NCBI GenBank assembly: GCA_963825865.1
Contig: CAWGVG010000030.1
Coordinates: 1-12,614 of the forward strand
DNA: 12,614 bases
Direction of reading: 5' to 3'
Source: an uncultured Nitrososphaeraceae archaeon
Lineage (GTDB): Archaea; Thermoproteota; Nitrososphaeria; Nitrososphaerales; Nitrososphaeraceae
Both the position numbers and the translations under genes were made by a program. Each line of letters begins with the position of its first letter. Position 1 is the first letter of the stretch. The notes under the pieces are model-generated. The model made no database searches and had not been told where the DNA came from. It was given only the letters and a program-made list of their open reading frames with translations. Of the stretch, positions 1-8,379 are shown one piece after another.

Positions 1-100
1 ATCATACAACCAAGTGAGAAGAGCTCACTCACTCAGTCTTTCTTTCTTTGACCTTGCAGAAATACTTTTCACATTGCTGTGTTTATTTATTCCTTGTAGG

Positions 101-1747
101 TTGAAATCGGACAGAAATTCTCCTTGTCCATGTGGTAGCAAGAAGAAATACAAACATTGTTGTCTTAGTCTGGACGAGGAAAAATCGAGATGGGATGATT
201 CAGAGGACGACTCAGGGGACAAATAAACGAATACTGTAACGAATTCTTCGACAGAGAAGATGCCTTGATAGCTGATGGAAAAGAAGACGTGAATAACCAT
301 AGCGACCTTGCTGACAGAAGGTTGTTTTATGATTGGTATATACACGATTACATTGTACCTAACAAAAATAATACTATAATCAAGTTATTTACTAAAGAAT
401 ATGAAAGCACTCTTACTGATCTAGAAAAAGATACTGTCAAAGAAGGGTCTATTCTGTATCGAGGTTTTTAGAAATTTTAGAGATTCGAAGAGGAGTAGGT
501 TATAAGGTAAAAGATATTTTCAATGAAACCAATGAGTTTTTTGGACATGATAGGTCATCTTCTCAATCTTTGAACAAGTATGACATTCTATATTCAAGAC
601 CATATCCTATAGGAAATATAACTAGACTTGCAGGAAGCGGGATTTTACTGGCTCATCATTTTTTGCCTCATGTTAAAAAATATGTTTTGTATAACCTTCG
701 GATCTCAAGAGAATTTCACCAGTTAAACGATAATACGGGAAATCTAGCTTTTGACACATATTTAAGGAATGAAAGTCTTTCAATTATACATTATTTGGAT
801 TCATTAAAAGAATTGAGTCCAACAGTCATGACTCCTGAAGGCGATATTTCAGTATTTTGTAAGAGTGAATTTGCTATTAAAAAAAACAGGCGTAGCGTTC
901 TGTTAGCACTAAACTCTTCAAAAAAAGAGTTTGCGCGTTTAGAAAATGAAGGAAAAACGATAAGATATGATTGGATTGAAGAATTAGAGAATAACAAACA
1001 ATTTGGTTATGAAAATGGTGATCATCATCAGGATGTAAACACAGGCACACGCAGAGGGGAGCAGAAAACAGACTATGTATCAGAACCAGAAAAGCTGACC
1101 TTCAGGACAATCCTGTGGTTGCCGCCTAACGAGGAGAAAGATACTTCGTTGCATTCAAGCAGCAAAGGCAAAAACAAAAAAGACAAAAAAGACAAAATAG
1201 GAGAACAATATACGCCCTATCGAGTCCTTGGAAATCTATCACTAACAGCAAAGACACTAATAGTTGAGTGCTTATCAGACAGGTTACTCGAAAGGTGCAA
1301 TGACACAATCCTGCGTCTAGTTGGTAGCAAACATCTCATACACCTTGGCGATAGTTACTCCGAGTTGATGCCACCTAATACTGCAGGTATAAGACAGGAC
1401 TCTTGGATGGAATATGAAAAACATGAGCATGGATTGAGTGAGGATGAGGAGAAAGAGAACGAGGAGTACAAGAAGATTATACCGAGCAAGAAGTTCTTGA
1501 AGATAAACTCCCTAATGAAGTAAAACAGCAAATCGATAATTACTTTGAAGAATACTATGAAAATTGGCTTTACTTGAAAATACCTGCACTTGACAACATG
1601 ACTCCCGTAGAGGCAGCTAAAACAGAGAAGGGTAGAAATGTGTTAAAAGAACTTTTTAAGGATATCGAAAATACAGACGCAAGAAATTCCAGAAAGAATC
1701 TGCCTCCATTTCCTGTTGCAAAGATGAAGAAAAAGCTGGGATTGTAA
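101..1747 (+). pseudogene. SEC-C zinc-motif protein with C-terminal Xre/MbcA/ParS-like domain; about 549 aa when three single-base frameshifts are repaired
   Basis: TTG at 101 opens RNSPCPCGSKKKYKHCC (SEC-C motif). The reading continues in frames +2, +1, +3, +2, with one base missing near 207, 450 and 1465. The last segment, absent from the ORF track, reads YFEEYYENWLYLKIPALDNMTPVEAAKTEKGRNVLKELFKDIE...KKKLGL* (stop 1745-1747), the W-L-x-x-x-x-P-A-L-x-x-x-T-P pattern of the MbcA/ParS C-terminal domain. The gene may be intact in vivo if the indels are assembly errors. Confidence 0.75.
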
Positions 1748-1898
1748 ACTCGAAGAATCAGATGTGTGAGTTGAGCCGGTTGTGTTAAGGTTAACAGTCG
1801 TATCTGACTAATATAGGATTGAAACAACCACAAGACACCCTAATTCAAAAGCTGATTATAATAATGATTCATTAGTTGCTCCCATGCTTTTTTGATGA

Positions 1899-2490
1899 CT
1901 ACTGAGATACATTCAAAATACCAGAACTGTATAATGTTTGTGCCATTTGATTAACATGGCTCTGATCATTAATGTTTCCTAGTGCAGATATCAAAGCTTT
2001 TAATTGATTGCTTTGTACTTCAAGCCTGCTTCTTTTCAATCAGGTCAATTTTCTCTTCTCGTCTTTGTGCTTTTGTTCTTTAAGCGTTTCTTGGTAGCCG
2101 GAAAATGACAAAACAACCATGCTGCACCTGAACATCATTTGAGATTTTTGATATTAGCTTCATTACAGTTGCTGCAGTAGCAGACTGGCTTTAGCTTTTC
2201 AACTTCAGAACCTTCATCTGATACAAAGCCCTCCGCTTTTAGCACTGCGTTACTTTCTTGATTGATTGTTAAACCAATGGATATAGCTAAATGCGTCTTT
2301 GAATTTTTGCTCTAACCACTGTACTGTCGGAGTTCGGTACTCATGAATCTGTTTTGCACGTTGGGTCAGGCATATATGGCGACAGACTTTATCCAATTTA
2401 GTAAGTAGTTATTGTTTTAGCTCCAATCATGCTCATTGCTTTGGCTGAGTATAGATGGCAATTAATAATTCTCAGACTAGCCTCGGGAAA
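1899..2490 (-). pseudogene. Degraded C-terminal half of a thaumarchaeal-type tyrosine recombinase/integrase with zinc ribbon and coiled-coil tail
   Basis: Manual minus-strand translation across frameshifts: ...LLTK..VCRHICLTQRAKQIHEY/ELRQYSG*SKNSKTHL/YIHWFNNQS/SNAVLKAEGFVSDEGSEVEKLKPVCYCSNCNEANIKNLK*C/RCSMVVLSFSGYQETLKEQKHKDEK/.../LEVQSNQLKALISALGNINDQSHVNQMAQTLYSSGILNVSQ*. RH lies at 2381-2376, G(W>stop)S has TAG at 2314-2312, the catalytic Tyr codon is at 2285-2283, CxxC is at 2176-2165 and the stop is at 1901-1899. The upstream boundary is approximate. Confidence 0.8.
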
Positions 2491-2502
2491 AGCCCGGGTC
2501 TA

Positions 2503-2676
2503 CTAAAAACCTAGGTGATATTTTACTGCAGTTATCTCACTAGGATCGTTGACTGCATCTAATCCACTGCCCGTCAGTATATCAAATGTTGCACGTTGGC
2601 CTGGAGATATTGTTGCTGGTTGCGGTGCACCATATTCTATGGCTAAGGTTTTGACATTCATTAACTGATGTATCAA
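2503..2676 (-). pseudogene. C-terminal fragment of an FxLYD-like beta-sandwich domain protein
   Basis: The open frame reads ...MNVKTLAIEYGAPQPATISPGQRATFDILTGSGLDAVNDPSEITAVKYHLGF* (ATG 2661, stop 2505-2503). P-x-T-I-x-P-G-Q-x-A-x-F resembles the second half of FxLYD domains. The FxLYD motif and a signal peptide are absent. Confidence 0.5.
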
Positions 2677-2715
2677 TTCCTCGATGGTAACTGTGTTACC
2701 ATTTTTACTTCCCTG

Positions 2716-2739
2716 TTTTATATTTTTATATTTTTATAT
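2716..2739. repeat. Tandem repeat (TTTTATAT)x3
   Basis: Three exact 8-bp copies read directly from the sequence. Confidence 0.85.
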
Positions 2740-2832
2740 CTGGATAGATAGACAGATATATCGTTTTTACGAGCGGTAGGTAGGTCATTTTGGTATATCA
2801 AAAAATCACATTATGATGTTTTCAAATCCCAT

Positions 2833-3291
2833 CTAGCCGAATCCTAAATTCCATATTTCACCAGCAAGCTTTTTTGCATAACCTGGCATTAGCAATGTAG
2901 TTTCGTCAGCAAATTTCTCTATGATACGTACCTTTTTATCTAAAGATTCCTTTTTCTCCTTATTTTGTGACGAAGAATGCGAATCCTTAGCAAGGGCTCT
3001 AAATAGAAACTGGATTCGCTTGGGAATAATCTCATTATATCTTTCGTATGACACTATGCTAAGGTTGACAAGTAGGACTATAGTCAAGGTGCCTTCAGTA
3101 ATCTCTTCTGCTATCATCAAAATTGTTCCTAGCAAAGAAAGGATTGATTCTTCGCTATCTATCTGAGATATTATTATCGTATTGATTGGTGTTGAATGTC
3201 TAACAATTTGAAATTGGCATACCAAATCTACTAGCTGGTGAGAATAAAACAGCTTGGATATAATATTACATATATAAAATACAAGGCACAA
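2833..3291 (-). other. Possible hypothetical protein fragment
   Basis: 152-aa ORF. Only the C-terminal half (KKVRIIEKFADETTLLMPGYAKKLAGEIWNLGFG) looks protein-like, and the 5' end overlaps the opposite-strand topoisomerase fragment. No family recognised. Confidence 0.25.
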
Positions 3292-3732
3292 GTTGGATAT
3301 TATAGTTCTTCGTCTGCACCTAAGAGCAATAGTAATCCAGAAGAAGTAACCCCCTCATCAACAACTCATATACAGTTTCCATTTTTGGTAGAGATTGCTG
3401 TTATTCGTACATCAGATCTTCCATATGCTCTATTTTATTGCGAAGGTATCAACGCATCACCAAAACACTACTATTCTTTTCTGCAAGATGATGATCTTGT
3501 CTGGACTTCTAAGGGTGGTAGGATAAACTTCGCATACCATGTTGAACAGCTTTTGGAAAAATATGGCTACTCTATACAGAAAGACAAATCCAAAAAACTA
3601 AGGAGTATCATAATGGTAAATTTATGGTCTCCTAGGATAGAGTATATAGACTATGGCAAATCACATATAGACCTAAAACCATTTTCTAAAACTATTGTAG
3701 AGATTAAGTTGGACAAAAAAGAGGAGGAATAG
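3238..3732 (+). pseudogene. Transducer-domain fragment of a type IIB topoisomerase-like protein (Topo VI subunit B / Topo VIII-like)
   Basis: FPFLVEIAV...GINASP...LLEKYGYS...IIMVNLWSPRIEYIDYGKSHIDLKPF resembles the end of the transducer domain with its switch lysine (compare Topo VIB IPYKSAGKESI). An in-frame stop at 3232-3234 precedes it. No GHKL ATPase domain upstream and no WHD/TOPRIM domain downstream were recognised. Confidence 0.65.
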
Positions 3733-4198
3733 TACAAGTAAATTATTAGTTGAGCGTAAATAAGAAGTAAAAGAATTATCGCTTTGTGTATGATATAGCA
3801 TACTTGGCACTTTTAAATACGCATATCTACTAGCTTCTTTTTTTTCATATTGCAATTTTTCAAGCCCTCTTCATGCTACCTCTTAAAATCCTCTGCTACC
3901 ACAATATAGCCTTCTAACATTTCCTTATAAAAAATGAGAACTTAACTAAATTTATACAAAATAGGCTTTAAAAGTAATTTATTGTCAGCTGTATATTCCC
4001 TTTGTTAGTATGATATATTACAATAGAAATGCATCACTCATGGTTTTAATTCCCTCTAGGTCAGTTTCAAACAAGGCTTATGTTAACGAGTTTGACTATC
4101 TATAACTAACTAACAAAAAATAAGTTCAAGGGGCATTGCTAGAACTAATGAATACAAAAAAAATATCAAATGGAAGAATGTCTAACATTTCAGAATAG

Positions 4199-4340
4199 TT
4201 TTTGTTAACAAAAAATTTTCCTTGTTAACATAAAATTGTAATTGTTAACAAGAAGTTGGCCTTTAACATCCTTTTGTTAACATTTTTGTTAACAATTTGG
4301 CGTCATTAGAGATCAAATTACCTTCAAAATTGTTAACAAT
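4199..4340. repeat. Array of six perfect TGTTAACA palindromes (iteron/centromere/operator-like)
   Basis: Copies start at 4203, 4223, 4243, 4275, 4287 and 4331, each preceded by T. Degenerate copies lie at 4081, 4179 and 4261. The first copy extends to a 16-bp palindrome, TTTTTGTTAACAAAAA (4199-4214). The region is non-coding. Confidence 0.9.
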
Positions 4341-4580
4341 CTCTTTAAAATGAGTTCAAAAGACGCGAGTACTTCTACCGCACTAGATTAGTGGACTGGG
4401 TGGATCCACATGGATTTCTGTACACTCATCAAGATTTAGTCGTTTCTGTCAGCACTTGCTTTACCTGTCCGGGACTCATCCCTATATTGTATGTAGTCGG
4501 TGTTAGTCTATAGCTTGATAGACGACTGGATACCACAGAGGTCACTAACAACGTCATCGAACAAATTTCTCGTCAATAAG

Positions 4581-5075
4581 ATGATGATCGTACATAATAA
4601 GGATTATAATTCTGAATCTTTCTCTCGTCATTTACAAGATCAAGAATCAAATTCAGATGTCTCTTTTACAGAAAGAGGAAGAAGAACAACAAATGAATCA
4701 ATACTATATCCAAAAAAGATTCTTCTTGTCGACGATGATCCTGACATTACTCTAGCGTTCAAAGTGGGTTTAGAAGATGATACATCATTTGAAGTGTATG
4801 CATATACCGATCCCCTAGAAGGGCTATCAAGCTTCAAGCCTCATTTTTATGATCTATTATTAGTAGATATAAATATGCCAAAAATGAATGGCTTTGAATT
4901 ATGCAGCAGGATATTAAAGATAGATGTTAACGTAAGGATTTGTTTTATTACTGCTGGTGACACAAATATAGAAGCTTTAAGGGAAATATATCATACATCA
5001 AGCTTAGGATGTTTTATTAAAAAGCCAGTTACAATAAGTCATTTGATTAAAAGACTAAAGTCTGAATTAGATTAG
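4581..5075 (+). CDS. Stand-alone response-regulator receiver (REC) domain protein
   Basis: Contains KKILLVDDDPD, phosphoacceptor LLLVDINMPKMNGFEL, FITA and FIKKP, with no output domain. ATG at 4581 (or 4584) is preferred over GTG at 4500. Confidence 0.93.
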   Translation: MMIVHNKDYNSESFSRHLQDQESNSDVSFTERGRRTTNESILYPKKILLVDDDPDITLAFKVGLEDDTSFEVYAYTDPLEGLSSFKPHFYDLLLVDINMPKMNGFELCSRILKIDVNVRICFITAGDTNIEALREIYHTSSLGCFIKKPVTISHLIKRLKSELD

Positions 5076-5294
5076 TCATAATAGTAGTGGCAATATTGAG
5101 ATTAAAGAGAAGCTAATATTATCTTTCTGTAACTTCAATTCGTATTTGTTATTATACATACTGTGGGTTCAGGCATACGCTTCTTTTCATAAATACCATC
5201 TGCAACTGATTCAAGCGAGAAGAACAAAAATAATAATAACAGATTAATCTAATTGATAGGATATCCTTATGGAAAATTTACTTTAATTATCTAG

Positions 5295-5594
5295 TCAATC
5301 TATAGTTACCGAATTTGATATTATCATATTTACTATTTGTACTAACTCATCATTGCTAATTGGCTTTTGAATATAGTTGATCTTAGTTAGTTCCGGAAAA
5401 TACTCATTTCTAAACTTCTTATAATATGCCTCAGAAGCTGTTATAAAGATGATATGTACTGCTTCATCAACCTCTCTTACCTTTTTACAGAGCTCAAATC
5501 CGTTTAGTACAGGCATTTTAATATCAAGTAAAATCAAATTATAATAGTTAGTTCTGAATTCTCGTAGTGCTTTAACTGAATCTGTATATAGCAA
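5295..5594 (-). pseudogene. N-terminally truncated response-regulator receiver domain
   Basis: Retains LILLDIKMPVLNGFEL, FITA and YIQKP. The beta1/alpha1 segment with the acidic DD/DE pair is missing and I could not find it in any frame immediately upstream. Confidence 0.8.
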
Positions 5595-6135
5595 AAACTG
5601 ATTATTAATTGGTTTATTTATAGCGCACTTTCACTTTCACATGTTTATTAATTGATTGATTGTTGAGTTACTTCCTCAGAATGAAGCAGTCAAGCATACA
5701 AATAGTAATAATAAGAGTTATACTTTCACCTGCTGTCTAATCTATTAGATCTCATGTTTCATTCCTGCTTCTATATTTCATTTGGTTAGTAGTAAAAAGT
5801 ATTGATAATCTAGAATAAAAGATAGTTGAGCCTGAATGCACTCACTACTATTTAATTATAAGACTATTAAAAACTCTACATTCCTGCTTGTACTCAAGGT
5901 TGAATGCTAACAACGTATGTAATATTGTAGCAGTGATATTAAATTTCGAAACTTTGTTAAATTTGATTATGGCAATACTACTGCATGGTACGCGTTTAAT
6001 GAGGTATCTGTAACAAGATACCGGGTAATCTACCAAAGATTTCAAAGTCTTTTTGGCTAATATGTCCAACGTACCATCCTGAAGTAATGGATAAAGACGC
6101 TGCCAATTATAGACTTGTTCTCTCCCTCTTTAGAG

Positions 6136-6219
6136 TTATTGCTTTTTGTCTCTTTCTGTTTGACTAATTACTCTTTCTGCATCCTTTTCGCCTTCTGCTA
6201 TTAATTTCTTTATTCTAGT
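6136..6219 (-). pseudogene. Short gene-tail remnant resembling the C-terminal helix of thaumarchaeal patatin-like phospholipases
   Basis: Reads TRIKKLIAEGEKDAERVISQTERDKKQ*, with an in-frame stop immediately upstream. The resemblance (IKKLIxxGExDAE) is recalled and covers only 27 aa. Confidence 0.3.
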
Positions 6220-6430
6220 TCAGTTGTTTTCTTATCACATTTTCCGGAAAATTCTGTTGTCACTTCATAGAAGTATATCACTAGACAAGGTTCTTATCAG
6301 TTTTATCACCTCTATTCAGAAACATACATAACCTTTTTTGTTTTTTCGTTTATGATCATTAATATCATAAAGTAGCCTATTACTGTTGTTATTGCAGTAA
6401 TGAAAGGAGATCATCTAAGATCTATAACAA

Positions 6431-7669
6431 CTACGATGATGATGACAACAACATATCATCTTCTTTTTTATAAGATTTCTTAAGCCATATAGGAGTAATG
6501 ATTGTAGTTACTGCTACCATTATAATTACGGCAGTATAGATATCTGCAGATAAGGCTCCGGATGTCACTCCTACTCCTGCTACAATTAAGCCTACTTCTC
6601 CTCTTGAAATCATTCCAATTCCTACTCTCATTGATTTGGTCCTGTTTCTTAGAAATATCATTGAAGGAAGACCACAGCCAATTAACTTTGTGACAATAGC
6701 TATAGATACAATTACGCCTGAAAGCAAAAGTACGTTAAAATTAACTCCACGTAGATCTACTTGAGCTCCAATTATAGCGAAAAACAAGGGCGCAAAAATT
6801 ATTTGTAATTTTTCAACGTATTCTTCTACACGTTTGATTATTTTGGTACTTGATACAGCCATACCTACTGCAAATGCCCCCACTATTGGAGATAAATTCA
6901 TAAATGCTGCCATACCTGCTGCTCCAAAGAAGGCTGCTGTCGTAATGCCTTCTATACTGCCTTTAGATTTCCATAGCTTTTCTACATGTAGAATCCTTGG
7001 AACTATGAGAACAGCTCCTATTAACAATGCTGCAAAAAGTCCAAGTATTTTTAAAATAAGGAGTGTTATGCTTATAATATCTGGGGATACATTTCCTGTC
7101 TGTACCATAGTTATAACAACAGATAATGCTGCAATAGCAAGAATATCGTCAACTATAGCAGCGCCTAAAATTAATCTAGCCTCTTTTGACTGCATCTTTC
7201 CTAATTCTGTTAGCACCTGAATTGATATTGCTATGCTAGTGGCTGTTAAAGCGGTTGCAACAAGTAAAGATTCTATTGCTTTTAGACCAAATGCAACAAA
7301 TACAAAGTAACCAACAAAGAACGGTACAATTACGCCAATTGAGCCTATAGTAAAAGAAGCAGCTCCTCCCTTCAAAAATTCCTTAGGTGTAATTTCAAGG
7401 CCGGCTATAAATAAAATAACTATGGCTGATATTTGGCCTATATTCCGCATAGTTTCATCAAGAACTACAAGAGGCTTTCCATCAAAAAAAGGAAAACTAC
7501 CTAATGCAAAAGGACCTACAACAATCCCAGCTAAAAGTTCGCCTAATACAATGGGCATCTTTATTCTGTGGAAAAGTTCAGCAAATAACTTTGAGGCAAA
7601 TAACAATATACCAAGTGAAAGCACAATGTGAAGAAAAGTTGCTCCTTCTGCTGCGGTAGATACCACCAA
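6431..7669 (-). CDS. Cation:proton antiporter, CPA2 family (NapA/KefB-type Na+(K+)/H+ exchanger)
   Basis: Intact 412-aa polytopic membrane protein with GELLAGIVVGP, ILFIAGLE, ATSIAI, GAAIVDDI (the DD motif), PLFFAIIG and GMISRGEV. Confidence 0.96.
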   Translation of the reverse strand: MVVSTAAEGATFLHIVLSLGILLFASKLFAELFHRIKMPIVLGELLAGIVVGPFALGSFPFFDGKPLVVLDETMRNIGQISAIVILFIAGLEITPKEFLKGGAASFTIGSIGVIVPFFVGYFVFVAFGLKAIESLLVATALTATSIAISIQVLTELGKMQSKEARLILGAAIVDDILAIAALSVVITMVQTGNVSPDIISITLLILKILGLFAALLIGAVLIVPRILHVEKLWKSKGSIEGITTAAFFGAAGMAAFMNLSPIVGAFAVGMAVSSTKIIKRVEEYVEKLQIIFAPLFFAIIGAQVDLRGVNFNVLLLSGVIVSIAIVTKLIGCGLPSMIFLRNRTKSMRVGIGMISRGEVGLIVAGVGVTSGALSADIYTAVIIMVAVTTIITPIWLKKSYKKEDDMLLSSSS

Positions 7670-7707
7670 TAATTGTTATCGATTCATAATGGAAGGGCAG
7701 CCCCTGT

Positions 7708-7720
7708 CTTAAAAGTTTGG
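7708..7720 (-). promoter_or_regulatory. Putative archaeal BRE/TATA box for the antiporter gene
   Basis: Minus strand CCAAACTTTTAAG lies about 40 bp upstream of the TTG start. Confidence 0.45.
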
Positions 7721-7779
7721 TTATTGCATGGGAATATATGTATTTTATATTTATAGGAATTTAAGAATAAGACAACTAA

Positions 7780-8211
7780 TTAAAACAAACATGGAGGTTC
7801 TTGTTGTTGTTGTTGCTGCTCTTCATCAGATTCATAAAGATAGCCTAACACTGTCTCAGCAACATCGCCTGGGGATGTATGACTCTTGGCTAATACAACT
7901 ATCATGCGATTTGATTCATGAATCTTAATAACCTTTATTTTGTCATATTCTGAAATATCCCAAAAGTGTCTTCCAAGAAGATTTGTTGATGGTTGTATTT
8001 CTTCTTCTACTTCTTCTTCTGTAGTTTCTTCCACTGTTTCAAATTTAAGATTCAATTTTGATATTATAGTTTCAATAAATGGACCATCAATCTTCGCGTC
8101 AGGAGCAATAAATAAATCAGACATCTTCCCATTAGAATCTACAATAAAAACAGCCAATATCTTTTCGTCTACTTCTACTATGTGTTTTATCTTTTCATAG
8201 GTTAACAGCAA
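7780..8211 (-). CDS. Hypothetical protein, possibly roadblock/profilin-like fold (DUF6659-like), with acidic and poly-Gln tracts
   Basis: Open frame co-oriented in the msrA-msrB-antiporter run. The pattern IVEVDEKILAVFIVDSNGK...LGRHFWDISEYDKIKVIKI...IVVLAK suggests this fold. The start is uncertain (TTG 8211 versus 8286). Confidence 0.7.
   Translation of the reverse strand: MLLTYEKIKHIVEVDEKILAVFIVDSNGKMSDLFIAPDAKIDGPFIETIISKLNLKFETVEETTEEEVEEEIQPSTNLLGRHFWDISEYDKIKVIKIHESNRMIVVLAKSHTSPGDVAETVLGYLYESDEEQQQQQQEPPCLF
7801..7818. repeat. Trinucleotide microsatellite encoding Gln6
   Basis: (TTG)5CTG on the plus strand, which is CAG(CAA)5 on the coding strand. Confidence 0.8.
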
Positions 8212-8379
8212 TATATCTAAGACAGAACGTACATCAGCGATAAGATATTTAAATTCATTTTGTAATTCATGTAGGCCACAAACCAATATGCCTCTCTTGT
8301 GGATTTTGTTACTATTGTAGGGAGTTTAGTTGCTTTCATCATGAAAGACACTAATCACATGAAAGAAAAGTAAATAACA

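Larger units (their letters stand above)
1899..4405. mobile_element. Relic of an integrated mobile element (boundaries approximate)
   Basis: An integrase pseudogene, a type IIB topoisomerase-like fragment, other gene fragments, an iteron/centromere-like array and a possible tRNA-3'-end scar sit together, with no intact gene in 2.5 kb. Confidence 0.55.

Noticed and set aside
14-100. N-terminal extension of ORF 14..226
   Set aside because: The SEC-C motif begins right after TTG 101, and the upstream codons look like incidental open frame.
25-1833. Minus-strand ORFs 25..345, 791..997, 1126..1308 and 1570..1833
   Set aside because: These are antisense shadows of the SEC-C gene with no motifs.
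2821-2840. TTCAAATCCC as a tRNA T-arm or att site
   Set aside because: There is no pairing T-stem or acceptor sequence, and it is too short to separate from chance.
2921-3855. ORFs 2921..3166 (+) and 3673..3855 (-)
   Set aside because: They are short, overlap better candidates on the opposite strand and have no recognisable motifs.
4199-4340. TGTTAACA array as a CRISPR or mini-CRISPR array
   Set aside because: The repeat is only 8-10 bp, the gaps are 4-36 bp and irregular, and no cas genes are present.
5848-6069. 73-aa minus-strand ORF
   Set aside because: It has no motif or convincing composition and cannot be supported as a gene.
7670-7687. In-frame ATG-AAT-CGA-TAA upstream of the antiporter start as a regulatory uORF or readthrough
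   Set aside because: It is only three codons, likely chance, and the antiporter is complete from TTG 7669.
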